Part shown: in pieces, positions 30,490-39,707 of the stretch
How the letters are laid out: each line of letters opens with the position of its first letter
Numbering within the stretch: position 1 is the stretch's first letter
DNA from: a virus
Virus record (IMG/VR): IMGVR_UViG_3300020166_000747
DNA: 64,000 nucleotides
Reading direction: 5' to 3' (one strand)
Program-made: the position numbers and the translations under genes
Notes under the pieces: generated by a model
Databases searched by the model: none
The model's input: only the letters and a program-made list of their open reading frames with translations
Told to the model about the DNA's origin: nothing

Positions 30490-31104
30490 TTACTTCTGAT
30501 TATAATCGAAACAGCCTAATAATGCAAGACGTTGTCCCGGTCCAGTATTTTCTACTTTGTGTTCCCAATTACTATTTAGGTACCATAGTTCACCAGGATT
30601 CATTAATTGCTTAACGACCACATCATCTTCTGTTTTCATATGCATGATTTGTTCGCCTTGTACTACAACCGTAAAGCGATCCTTGCCAGGTTGGTCAATA
30701 TGATATCGCAACTCATCATTATTTTTTATAGTTGCATAACGCATTCTATAAAGCGGTGACTGTAGCATATATGCTACTTCTTCATAAACGTGTTGAAATT
30801 CTTCTCTGAGTACAGTGAAGTTATGTTCAATATACTCGGTGCCGTCTAAGTGAGTTTGTATGTCATGCTGACTATAGTTTAAAACATCCGCTCCAGTAAC
30901 CTGGTTAAGGTCATCCGATAGTTGCGCCTTTCTTAATTTAACGGCGCTATCTAGAGACGGTGGCGTATTATGAAAGTTATTTGAGAGTGTCAATATGGCA
31001 GATTCACTTATGTTTCCGAAATATTTAAAGTACGGATATTTTAGTCTCTTCCGTATGATATCGCGCTTACCTAGATACTTAATTTTATTAAAGTTATCAT
31101 CCAT
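30490..31104 (-). CDS. Cupin/Asp-Asn beta-hydroxylase-like oxygenase
   Basis: RMRYA..YHID..GELWYLNSNWEHKVEN..RLAL. Confidence 0.7.
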   Translation of the reverse strand: MDDNFNKIKYLGKRDIIRKRLKYPYFKYFGNISESAILTLSNNFHNTPPSLDSAVKLRKAQLSDDLNQVTGADVLNYSQHDIQTHLDGTEYIEHNFTVLREEFQHVYEEVAYMLQSPLYRMRYATIKNNDELRYHIDQPGKDRFTVVVQGEQIMHMKTEDDVVVKQLMNPGELWYLNSNWEHKVENTGPGQRLALLGCFDYNQK

Positions 31105-31129
31105 GTTAAATCCTGCTATAATTTTATTT

Positions 31130-31137
31130 GATAAATA
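31130..31137 (+). promoter_or_regulatory. T4-like late promoter box (GATAAATA)
   Basis: 5 nt upstream of ATG 31143, no SD. Confidence 0.55.
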
Positions 31138-31142
31138 TATTT

Positions 31143-32063
31143 ATGCAAACAAAATCATTAAATTATTATGAGGTGATACCAGAAGAAAACACATTTGTGG
31201 ATATTATGGTAGATATTACGCACAAATGTAATATGACATGTAAGAACTGTTATATTCCAAATCGTGATGTTCCCGATATGGATTTAGAAAAATATAGAGA
31301 TTTTATTTCAAGACTCAAAGGTAGGTGTATGATTAGAATCGTAGGTGCTGAACCGACGATGAATCCACTGTGCGAAGAGTATATTAAAATTGCGTTTGAG
31401 TATGGACATAGATGCATCGTATTAACCAATGGATTAAGATTAGCTCATAAGAATTATGTCGATAAACTACATACTTCTGGATTAAGACATATATATTTGA
31501 GTCTGAATGGTGTAAACAACGATGACTGGTATGTAGAAATAGACGAAATGCGATGTGCTACTAAGAAAATTGCGGCACTGCGTAATATCAGAGATAGAAA
31601 ATTTATCTTAGATATTGGTACTATTATTGTCCCGGATGTAAACGAAGACGCGCCAAGAGCGTTACTAGAGTTATTTGATCAAGAGAATGTAAAGAATGTT
31701 CTAATGCGAATTAAGAATGTAGGCCAATTAGGTCGCTTTCAGACAGAAGCAGATGACAATGTAAAAATGGATCAACTAGTAACCTTATGCTCAGAACAAA
31801 TGGGAGTGAGTGCAGACTATATAAATAGTTTCAGAGATAAAAAATTATACGGTGTGTATGAAGAAAAGAATTCAATATTATTCCCATTACGTGAAGGGAA
31901 TACTATTCTGAATAGAGGAAGATGGGTCAAGATAACAAACTGGGATACTGATAATGAAAGCGGTATTCCAGATCCTAACTCACAAAGACGTGGGCGTGTT
32001 ACAGAAAACTTTACTATCGCTCCACTATATGAACATATAAAAATGAATGAAGGTGGATACTAG
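31143..32063 (+). CDS. Radical SAM protein (MoaA/PqqE-like core, no evident auxiliary cluster)
   Basis: DITHKCNMTCKNCY, VGAEPT, LTNG, YLSLNG. Confidence 0.9.
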   Translation: MQTKSLNYYEVIPEENTFVDIMVDITHKCNMTCKNCYIPNRDVPDMDLEKYRDFISRLKGRCMIRIVGAEPTMNPLCEEYIKIAFEYGHRCIVLTNGLRLAHKNYVDKLHTSGLRHIYLSLNGVNNDDWYVEIDEMRCATKKIAALRNIRDRKFILDIGTIIVPDVNEDAPRALLELFDQENVKNVLMRIKNVGQLGRFQTEADDNVKMDQLVTLCSEQMGVSADYINSFRDKKLYGVYEEKNSILFPLREGNTILNRGRWVKITNWDTDNESGIPDPNSQRRGRVTENFTIAPLYEHIKMNEGGY

Positions 32064-32064
32064 C

Positions 32065-32301
32065 ATGAGTAGAACAAGAAATACACTTAAAGAAATTACA
32101 TTAGATAGAATTGATATTGAACTGACTGATGAAATTATCGATTCAGGCACTTCCTTTAAGGAACTAGGGGTTGATTCGTTAGATACGATTGAAATTATTG
32201 TATCGATAGAAGACCTATTAGATATTGAATTATCAGATGAAAGACTTGATGATATTGATAATATCAAATCATTAGCAGCATATCTAGCAGAATTTGATTA
32301 A
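32065..32301 (+). CDS. acpP: Acyl carrier protein
   Basis: Acidic 78 aa; ELGVDSLDTIEI phosphopantetheine Ser motif. Confidence 0.9.
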   Translation: MSRTRNTLKEITLDRIDIELTDEIIDSGTSFKELGVDSLDTIEIIVSIEDLLDIELSDERLDDIDNIKSLAAYLAEFD

Positions 32302-32322
32302 TAAAATCATTATTGAACAATA

Positions 32323-33351
32323 ATGCACTATGAATTTTATAATCAATTATGGGACTTCGATGATGATGTAGAACTTTATTTTCTACATGAGCGCATCTTA
32401 GAAGACGCATACTTACGAATAATAAAAGCACCAAAGACTGAACAAAGAACTGACAAAGCAACACGTGAATTTATCCGAGGCATGAAGCAGGTCTGGACTA
32501 AACGTGCGGAAACTGGGTCCAATGAATGGGCAAGGCCAGTGGTACATAACTATGATGATTCAATGTTTGAACGGGTAAGTGATGATTACACAATGTGTTG
32601 GAAGAAGACCAACGAAGCACATGACATACTTGTTATACATTTAACTAGTTTTGCTGGGCATGAAGGTAGACTTACTAATTCATTAACTAATGTAAGTTCC
32701 AAAATTATTAATTTAGACACTGATCTATTAATAGTTAATGAAGATCCATTCCGAATGCCCGAAAGTTTATATCCTAGTTATTTTATATTAGGGTGTAGTT
32801 CAAAATGCAATTCACTTAGTGCAACTGCGGATCAAATAAAAACATACATTAAAAAAGAATATAAGAACATTGTTATATACGCTGATTCTAAACATGCAGG
32901 TTCCGGTGTAAGTCTCGCGTATGAGTTGGCAGACTTAAACCCATGTGTACTCGTTACTGGCGGAATTACAACTTATGACTGGGACGCATCGCCGTGGGTG
33001 AAAATGTATTTAAAGTGGTTTAATCGTCCGGATAATCTGAAACATCAATTTCTTTCTATATCTAACATAGCAGTAGCACATTTTATAAAAAGCTATAAAT
33101 TTAAACAAATGGGGATAAGTGAACGACTAACTAATCCTTATAAATTCCTAGATGAATATAATATCAAAGTTGACTTTTACCACGGAAAATATGATTTTGA
33201 GTATATTAAATTTAAAAATCATGTAGAAAACTTAAATCTTAAAAATATTAATATGCATGAAGTTGACTATAAAATATCTGATTCGCAAACACACAACATT
33301 CGTCCTTACGTAGACAGATTTATTCTTTCCGAATATATAAAAAACTTATAA
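32323..33351 (+). CDS. Hypothetical protein, possible alpha/beta-hydrolase fold
   Basis: IVIYADSKHAG resembles a degenerate nucleophile elbow; late HNI His. Confidence 0.4.
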   Translation: MHYEFYNQLWDFDDDVELYFLHERILEDAYLRIIKAPKTEQRTDKATREFIRGMKQVWTKRAETGSNEWARPVVHNYDDSMFERVSDDYTMCWKKTNEAHDILVIHLTSFAGHEGRLTNSLTNVSSKIINLDTDLLIVNEDPFRMPESLYPSYFILGCSSKCNSLSATADQIKTYIKKEYKNIVIYADSKHAGSGVSLAYELADLNPCVLVTGGITTYDWDASPWVKMYLKWFNRPDNLKHQFLSISNIAVAHFIKSYKFKQMGISERLTNPYKFLDEYNIKVDFYHGKYDFEYIKFKNHVENLNLKNINMHEVDYKISDSQTHNIRPYVDRFILSEYIKNL

Positions 33352-33389
33352 GCAACTGTAAACACACGATTATTTCTTACCTTTTTTTC

Positions 33390-33426
33390 TTGACATTCCT
33401 GCTATATATGCTACATTAATAGAGTA
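33390..33426 (+). promoter_or_regulatory. Sigma70-type early promoter (extended family)
   Basis: TTGACA-16 nt-TACATT with TG extension, followed by AATAGAGTA. Confidence 0.8.
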
Positions 33427-33447
33427 ATAAGAGAGAAAGAGAATGAC

Positions 33448-33708
33448 ATGTTTAGAATCCCATCATTTTACAAAGAAACAGTAGACTTCAAAACTGCTTG
33501 GAACACAATCACAAACTTTGGTCGTGGCGATGCACTTGAAGGTATGAATGCTATGCAACGTGTTTGGGATGAACATTGTGCTAGTTATAATTGTGACCAT
33601 GCGCACTTCTCTGATGATTCTGATTTTTATGAATACTATGAAGCAGAAGTAAATGCTTATAACGTAGTTTTTGAAAACATGGGTAAATTGTTCGGAGAGG
33701 CAGCATAA
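33448..33708 (+). CDS. Small hypothetical early protein
   Basis: 86-aa ORF directly after early promoter. Confidence 0.75.
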   Translation: MFRIPSFYKETVDFKTAWNTITNFGRGDALEGMNAMQRVWDEHCASYNCDHAHFSDDSDFYEYYEAEVNAYNVVFENMGKLFGEAA

Positions 33709-33709
33709 T

Positions 33710-33886
33710 ATGTGGCAAGTTGTAGCAAATAACCGCAACGGGGACTACTTCACTAAGTCAGCATTAACTCTAGAAGAGTCACGTGAAATTCATAGTCTAC
33801 TCAGTAACAGTGGTCAATGGGCGGCAGTCCGTAGTCTTGATACTGAATATTACTCGGAGAGAAAAACACAACATGTGGGAACTTAG
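33710..33886 (+). CDS. Small hypothetical early protein
   Basis: MWQVVANN..., GAGG RBS, start 33710. Confidence 0.6.
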   Translation: MWQVVANNRNGDYFTKSALTLEESREIHSLLSNSGQWAAVRSLDTEYYSERKTQHVGT

Positions 33887-34073
33887 AACAACATTCAGTG
33901 AACCAAATCCCTTGAGGCCTAACGATGGCCTTGAGAGAAGTGGGTTGTTTGTTGAAACTCTGTGTGAAGCATTGTCTTGGTGGGAGTGTAGAACTCGTTC
34001 AGGTTGTCAAGTTAAAAGATTGCATGTTATGCTCGACCCAACTGGTAAAGTAGTGAAAATAAAATTCGATTAA
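33873..34073 (+). CDS. Small hypothetical early protein
   Basis: MWELRTT..., GGAG upstream, start 33873. Confidence 0.55.
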   Translation: MWELRTTFSEPNPLRPNDGLERSGLFVETLCEALSWWECRTRSGCQVKRLHVMLDPTGKVVKIKFD

Positions 34074-34076
34074 TAC

Positions 34077-34113
34077 TTGACATTTTATCGAATCATGCTA
34101 TATTAATAGAGTA
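34077..34113 (+). promoter_or_regulatory. Sigma70-type early promoter with CGAATCA in spacer
   Basis: TTGACA-16 nt-TATATT-AATAGAGTA; CGAATCA at 34089-34095. Confidence 0.82.
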
Positions 34114-34133
34114 ATCAAGAGAGAGGAACTACT

Positions 34134-34901
34134 ATGATTAACGCTGATATTTTCGTTAAGAATACAGGTCTAGAAACAGGTAAGATTTACAATCAACCAA
34201 TTAGCAAAGTAGAACTACTTGCACTTGCTATTGTGGCACAGCGCATTAACGGTGAATACTTAAAGCGAGGTGGGGTGTCCGACTTTGTTACTAAGATCGA
34301 AGACGGCGAAGAAGTACAACGCTATGAACGTACCAAAAACTCTAATCGTTTTGTTATGGAAACAGTCCAGCAGATCGACCCAGATGTATTAACTGACGAG
34401 TTGCTTGCAGAAGCACAAGAGATGTTGACTAATCTTGAAATGGAATATATGTTCAAAGTTCTCGCAGATACAATGAATGACTTTGAAAATTCCATTCATC
34501 AGTTTCTATCAGACGAACCGGATGTATCACTAGATGGTTCTAATTTTGAACCACGTGCGCATATTGGGGTTGTTGCTTACATTCCAGCGTATGTAGAACG
34601 TGAGACAAAACAACGTGACCTTGCTGAACGTTCAATCGGTTCTGAGTATTTAGGAACTAAAGGTGAATCTATTTCCGCGCAGATTGAAATTGTATCTAAG
34701 CGCCAAGCAACTGCTTGGGCAGGTTGGAACGTAAATGCTATCACAACTGATGGCAATCGTGTTTCGTTCTTTACTACAAAAGATGAAATTTCTAATAAGA
34801 CTGGAGTGTTTGGTATATATGCGAAAGTCAAAGATTGTGGTACTGTTTGGCGTGAGGAAAGTATAAAAGAAACTCGCCTTAACTATGTGAAGTTTATTTA
34901 A
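34134..34901 (+). CDS. Hypothetical phage protein, possible C-terminal OB-fold
   Basis: GAGGA RBS; SEYLGTKGE...AKVK...ETRLNYVK beta-rich C terminus. Confidence 0.65.
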   Translation: MINADIFVKNTGLETGKIYNQPISKVELLALAIVAQRINGEYLKRGGVSDFVTKIEDGEEVQRYERTKNSNRFVMETVQQIDPDVLTDELLAEAQEMLTNLEMEYMFKVLADTMNDFENSIHQFLSDEPDVSLDGSNFEPRAHIGVVAYIPAYVERETKQRDLAERSIGSEYLGTKGESISAQIEIVSKRQATAWAGWNVNAITTDGNRVSFFTTKDEISNKTGVFGIYAKVKDCGTVWREESIKETRLNYVKFI

Positions 34902-35823
34902 AATTCTCACGATATATTAAATCAGCAATATCTTTATTCATCGCTTCGCCGAAATGGCCCAATCCCAGTAGTTGGGCGGTCGGGTCATAATTTAAGTCAC
35001 GTCCGTATAAACTGTTTATTAACTCATACGGTTCCGGCGTCTGCAAATCGTTAAGTGAAAATTTCATTTCACCTTGTTCGTGTAATAATTTTAAATCATA
35101 CAATCGTGTATCTATAGGTTTAATCCAATTGGCATCATCGTTTTGATCGATGTATTTGTCAATAGCATAGTACTGTTTATTACCCAGCAATGTTTGCACA
35201 TCAATTGCAGTCATCCATTCATGGATTGAATTATGGCATTCTATATCAAAAAATACGGACGGGACCTTATCATGCACGATCCTTTTTTTCCGGGTAGCCT
35301 CATCAAATCCCGGCATAACATTAATTGATTCCCATCTGTTCCCATCGCCGTAATCTTCTAAATGCATCCACGTATGTCTAGTAGGGTAACTCCACAATAT
35401 TATTATTTTTTTAGGATTATACTGTTGCATGAACGTAATGGCATTGTTATGAATAGTTCGATTACTAGAGCCTGGTATGCCAGCATTAACAAACGGTTCT
35501 CCATACTCACGGGTTAATATTTCACTGATTGTGTTACTATTTTCAATTCCTTGACCATAGATATAAGAACACCCTATTACGACTGAAGTTTTGCTCCAGT
35601 CAATTTGGTCCAATTCTTGATTACATCTAAACCCATCACTGTTGTGTACATAATCTATTTTAGTATTTGTATACTTCCAATACTTAGAACTGAATACACC
35701 AAGGTTCTTTTTATGGTGTTCTTCTTCATTGTGTCCAGTGAACAATGTGGTCGATTTTTGAAAGCCAGATTTAATAAATCTTCTTTCTGGGAAACTGTTT
35801 AAATTAAATATATCTACGCTCAT
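34894..35823 (-). CDS. SGNH/GDSL-like protein
   Basis: NSDGFR, IGCSYIYGQG, NAGIPGSS, HFG; start reset to 35823. Confidence 0.7.
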   Translation of the reverse strand: MSVDIFNLNSFPERRFIKSGFQKSTTLFTGHNEEEHHKKNLGVFSSKYWKYTNTKIDYVHNSDGFRCNQELDQIDWSKTSVVIGCSYIYGQGIENSNTISEILTREYGEPFVNAGIPGSSNRTIHNNAITFMQQYNPKKIIILWSYPTRHTWMHLEDYGDGNRWESINVMPGFDEATRKKRIVHDKVPSVFFDIECHNSIHEWMTAIDVQTLLGNKQYYAIDKYIDQNDDANWIKPIDTRLYDLKLLHEQGEMKFSLNDLQTPEPYELINSLYGRDLNYDPTAQLLGLGHFGEAMNKDIADLIYRENFK

Positions 35824-35828
35824 ACATT

Positions 35829-35876
35829 TATTTATCTGCGTGTAATTTTTTTGGATAATAACTACAAACATAAATA
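35829..35876. promoter_or_regulatory. Back-to-back late promoter boxes
   Basis: GATAAATA on minus strand (35836-35829) and CATAAATA on plus strand (35869-35876), each 5 nt before its ATG. Confidence 0.6.
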
Positions 35877-35881
35877 GTAGT

Positions 35882-36652
35882 ATGAAAATAGTGTTAGTTA
35901 CAGGTGGGTTCGACCCATTACATTCAGGACATATTGCATATTTTAAAGCGGCAAAAGCGTTGGGTGACAAACTAGTTGTAGGTGTTAATACAGACGCATG
36001 GCTTACTAGAAAAAAAGGCAGCCCGTTTATGCCAAGCAGTGAAAGAATAGCAATAATTCAGAATTTAAAAATGGTAGATGATTGTGTAGTGTTCGATGAC
36101 AACGATGGCTCAGCCATAGATGCTATTAAAAATTTAAAAATATTATATCCAAATGATGATATTATCTTTGCTAACGGCGGTGACCGCACTAAAGAAAACA
36201 TTCCTGAAATGATTTTTGATGATGTTGAATTTGTATTTGGCGTAGGCGGTGAAGATAAAAAGAATAGTTCATCTTGGATACTAGAAGAGTGGAAAGCTCC
36301 TAAAACAATTAGATCATGGGGATATTATAGAGTGATACACGAATATGATAATCATACTAAAGTAAAAGAATTAGCAGTACCTCCGGGCGGGATGTTATCT
36401 ATGCAACGACATAAAGAACGTTCAGAACATTGGTTCGTAGCAGAAGGAACTGCAACTGTGAATACATTAAATTCTAGCAGTACTGATGTTGAAGAACATG
36501 GAGTATTTCATAAGCATCAATCATTACATATACCCGTAGGTATGTGGCATCAGCTTGTCAATGCACACGATACTGATTTAAAGCTAGTAGAGATACAGTA
36601 CGGAACTAATTGTGTAGAAGAAGATATTGAGCGAAATGACACGGTTCTTTAA
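35882..36652 (+). CDS. Cytidylyltransferase-family domain fused to mannose-6-phosphate isomerase type II cupin
   Basis: TGGFDPLHSGH, FANGGDR; RSWGYY, LSMQRHKERSEHW, VEIQYG..EEDIER. Confidence 0.9.
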   Translation: MKIVLVTGGFDPLHSGHIAYFKAAKALGDKLVVGVNTDAWLTRKKGSPFMPSSERIAIIQNLKMVDDCVVFDDNDGSAIDAIKNLKILYPNDDIIFANGGDRTKENIPEMIFDDVEFVFGVGGEDKKNSSSWILEEWKAPKTIRSWGYYRVIHEYDNHTKVKELAVPPGGMLSMQRHKERSEHWFVAEGTATVNTLNSSSTDVEEHGVFHKHQSLHIPVGMWHQLVNAHDTDLKLVEIQYGTNCVEEDIERNDTVL

Positions 36653-37859
36653 AGATGGGTGTTACGGAGAAGGATCAGATCCAACGTACCTAACACAATC
36701 ATTGATGTATGATCATGTAGAGTATATGCAGCATAAATTAGACATTCTGGAATACAATAAATTTAGACACGGTGATGATTACTTTTGGAACGTTGAACTT
36801 ACTGCTGAAAATCCTGATATACCAAGATTTCAGAAATCTGATGATATTAAGAAGCCATACAATATAGTGGTACCTGACAGTGTGCTGGAAGATATATTAC
36901 ATGGTAATGCTAGATTAGCGTTGAACTATTCACTTGAAGGGTTTACTGATATAGATTGGGATAGATTGTTCGCAGCAGTTCTTCCAATCCCTAAGGAAAA
37001 AATAATATATATAACGAGTGTTTACGATACCACCAAATTAGAGGCAGATAGTGGGATAAAATGCTATTATACAAATTATTGGGAGACATTACTACAGCGT
37101 ATTTGCCAGACTGGCAGTAGTTATTCGTTCACTGATCCTGACGCTGGTTGGAAACAGTTCAATAAACAAATTAAACTTATAGAACAAAAATACAATCGTA
37201 GTAAAATGTTCACCGCGTACAACCGAAGACCAAGAGAACACAGACTTGCGTTACTGGGTGACTTAAAGAATAAAAACTTATTACACAATGCAATCTATAG
37301 TTGGGGCGGGAAGTTCGAGACTGATTATGATACTAACACGTTGTGCCGCACCGTAAATAAACAATTTTTTGACGGCAATGACGAGAGTAAAATGTATCAA
37401 TATCTTATCGAAATTAACGATAAAATTGTTGAGCATGATGTATCCTTAGATATTAATCCAGCCTTTGTATTTAATTGGGATCATATATTTAATACTAATT
37501 TCCAGCTTATCACAGAAACCAATGCAGATTCCGATAGTACATTTCTAAGTGAAAAGAGTTTTAAACCTTTTGCATCTGGTCAACCATTTGTCATGTGGGG
37601 TGATGTATACACCGTAAACGCATTGCGTGAAAGTGGATATGATACATATGACCAGTGGATTAATCACTCATATGACACCGAAACAGACAATGCTAAGAGG
37701 TTACAGATGGTAATCAAAGAAGTTGAACGATTATGTGCAATCACTGAAAGTGATTGGCTAGACATGTTATACGACATGCTACCAACTATAGTTAAAAATA
37801 ATAGAAATTTCATGAATTCCAACTCTCGGTGCATCCAAAACAATTCTCATACACTCTGA
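36636..37859 (+). CDS. Hypothetical protein, SEKSFKPF family (possible GT-B-like transferase)
   Basis: YNRRPREHR, ITET, FLSEKSFKPF..GQPF, GYDTY..INHSYD; paralog of 41036-42361. Confidence 0.55.
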   Translation: MTRFFKDGCYGEGSDPTYLTQSLMYDHVEYMQHKLDILEYNKFRHGDDYFWNVELTAENPDIPRFQKSDDIKKPYNIVVPDSVLEDILHGNARLALNYSLEGFTDIDWDRLFAAVLPIPKEKIIYITSVYDTTKLEADSGIKCYYTNYWETLLQRICQTGSSYSFTDPDAGWKQFNKQIKLIEQKYNRSKMFTAYNRRPREHRLALLGDLKNKNLLHNAIYSWGGKFETDYDTNTLCRTVNKQFFDGNDESKMYQYLIEINDKIVEHDVSLDINPAFVFNWDHIFNTNFQLITETNADSDSTFLSEKSFKPFASGQPFVMWGDVYTVNALRESGYDTYDQWINHSYDTETDNAKRLQMVIKEVERLCAITESDWLDMLYDMLPTIVKNNRNFMNSNSRCIQNNSHTL

Positions 37860-37868
37860 ATTAAAAGG

Positions 37869-37916
37869 TTGACAGATATCGAATCGAGTGCTATATTAAT
37901 AGTACGAAACGAATCA
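37869..37916 (+). promoter_or_regulatory. Sigma70-type early promoter with two CGAATCR sites
   Basis: TTGACA-17 nt-TATATT-AATAGTA; CGAATCG at 37880, CGAATCA at 37910. Confidence 0.82.
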
Positions 37917-37938
37917 TTAACAACAGAGAGTAAACTTT

Positions 37939-39651
37939 ATGAAAAACCTACTTCTAACAACTTCTGCATTGTTGGTACTGTCAGTCGCGTCAGCAAGTGC
38001 GAATGCAACCTCAGATGCACAACGTATGCTTAACAAGCTAGGCTATAATGCAGGAGCAGTTGATGGGGCTTACGGCAGTAAGACCAAACGTGCGCTTGAG
38101 GCATTCTACACAGATAACGGCACATCATATGACGGTACGTTAGATGCCAATGAAGTTTCGGATCTGAAAGCTGCAGCAGTTGAAGCTGGCGTAAAGTTCA
38201 ACGTACCTTCAGGTATTAGCGTAAGTGATCAATATCGTTTTGAAAACTTTGCAGGTCTTGTAAGCCTAAAGTACGCAAATGCAATTCGTCGCAGTTGGTT
38301 TGGATATATTGAAATCCCACTAATTGATACAAACGATGACGGCTACAAAGACCTTGTCTTTAACTCTGATGGTCCCGATTTCTTTAGACAACAGAAACTA
38401 GGAAAGAATGATGCTAATGTAGTCACAGTCCCATACAATGCTAAATGGAAAGATTGGGATATGTTTGAAACAGTAGAGTCTCCAAATAGCACATTCGGCA
38501 ACCCAATGATGCAATACGCTGACATGAATGGTGATGGTAGAGTTGATATCGTTGCTGCCACATCAGTCCCTGGCGGCAGCTTCAATGAAGGTGGCGCGGT
38601 TGTATACTTCAATCAAGGCGATGGTACATTCAAAACAAAGATGATTAGTCGCAAAAAGTTTACTCACGCACTAGCTATCGGTGATCTAGACGGCGATGGT
38701 GATCAGGATGTTATCTACCATCATCTAGGTGCAACAAGTATTCAATGTGAAATCAACGATGGTCGTGGTAACTTTAAACGTAAAAATTGTATGCGGGCAC
38801 CAAAGACATTCAATCAACCATACGCGCAAAACATTTGGAGTTTCCGCATTGCGGATTTCGATAACGATGGTGCGCAAGATGTAAGCATCTGGACAAATGT
38901 TGGTAGTTCGAAGGTAGATAATTCTTGGGGACAAGTAAGACAGAACGAGTTACAGCATCCTACAATTTTTTGGGGAGACAACAGTGTTAAGTTCTCTTAC
39001 AAAAACAAAACATCGCTAGATGTGACACCTTGGACAGACGGTGCACTACAATCAGGTAAGCCAGTCTTTTTAACTTCGAACGCAGGTACAACTGTTGATA
39101 TCGGGAAAGACGGTGATGTCGATTTAGTTACTATTCTAGTGGGTAAGCATTCAGTTGGTGGGGCTCTAGTCATTCATGAAAATTTAGGCAACCGACAATT
39201 TCGTACAAAAGAACTGACACGTTCGGTATTCTTAAAAAATGATCCAGATCGGTTTCGTACAATGCAAGATAAAACTGATCGGGTGAATAAAGCTAAAGAT
39301 TACACATGGTTAACTGAGAGCCTGGTATGGAATGATATGTGTGGTAACGTGATGTTCTTGGATATCAACAATGATGGCATTGATGACTTTGTATGCGGTG
39401 GCACTGGTTGGGATGACAACTCTGCAACAATCATTGATCGTTGGGATAATAATCAGAAAGATCATCAACGCATCATGCCGTGGATGAATACTAAAGATTG
39501 GAATCCTAACTGGAGCAGTAAAAACCGTTATGCTATTCTAGATATTCATGGCAACGTAAAAGATAGTGGTAAGATTTTTAACAATGAACAAAGCGATTTT
39601 TCAGCGAAGTTTAAATCTCGTGGTTATAAAATAGATACTATCGGTTTCTAA
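37939..39651 (+). CDS. Secreted protein: signal peptide, peptidoglycan-binding domain, FG-GAP/VCBS repeats
   Basis: MKNLLL..ASANA signal; QRMLNKLGYNAGAVDGAYGSKT; repeated DxNxDGxxD motifs (DMNGDGRVD, DLDGDGDQD, DFDNDGAQD, DINNDGIDD). Confidence 0.85.
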   Translation: MKNLLLTTSALLVLSVASASANATSDAQRMLNKLGYNAGAVDGAYGSKTKRALEAFYTDNGTSYDGTLDANEVSDLKAAAVEAGVKFNVPSGISVSDQYRFENFAGLVSLKYANAIRRSWFGYIEIPLIDTNDDGYKDLVFNSDGPDFFRQQKLGKNDANVVTVPYNAKWKDWDMFETVESPNSTFGNPMMQYADMNGDGRVDIVAATSVPGGSFNEGGAVVYFNQGDGTFKTKMISRKKFTHALAIGDLDGDGDQDVIYHHLGATSIQCEINDGRGNFKRKNCMRAPKTFNQPYAQNIWSFRIADFDNDGAQDVSIWTNVGSSKVDNSWGQVRQNELQHPTIFWGDNSVKFSYKNKTSLDVTPWTDGALQSGKPVFLTSNAGTTVDIGKDGDVDLVTILVGKHSVGGALVIHENLGNRQFRTKELTRSVFLKNDPDRFRTMQDKTDRVNKAKDYTWLTESLVWNDMCGNVMFLDINNDGIDDFVCGGTGWDDNSATIIDRWDNNQKDHQRIMPWMNTKDWNPNWSSKNRYAILDIHGNVKDSGKIFNNEQSDFSAKFKSRGYKIDTIGF

Positions 39652-39674
39652 TACTATGTTGATTACTTAAAACT

Positions 39675-39702
39675 AAAAAGACGCTTTCGAGCGTCTTTTT
39701 TT
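39675..39702. terminator. Bidirectional intrinsic terminator
   Basis: AAAAAGACGCT-TTCG-AGCGTCTTTTTTT between convergent genes. Confidence 0.9.
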
Positions 39703-39707
39703 ATGGT

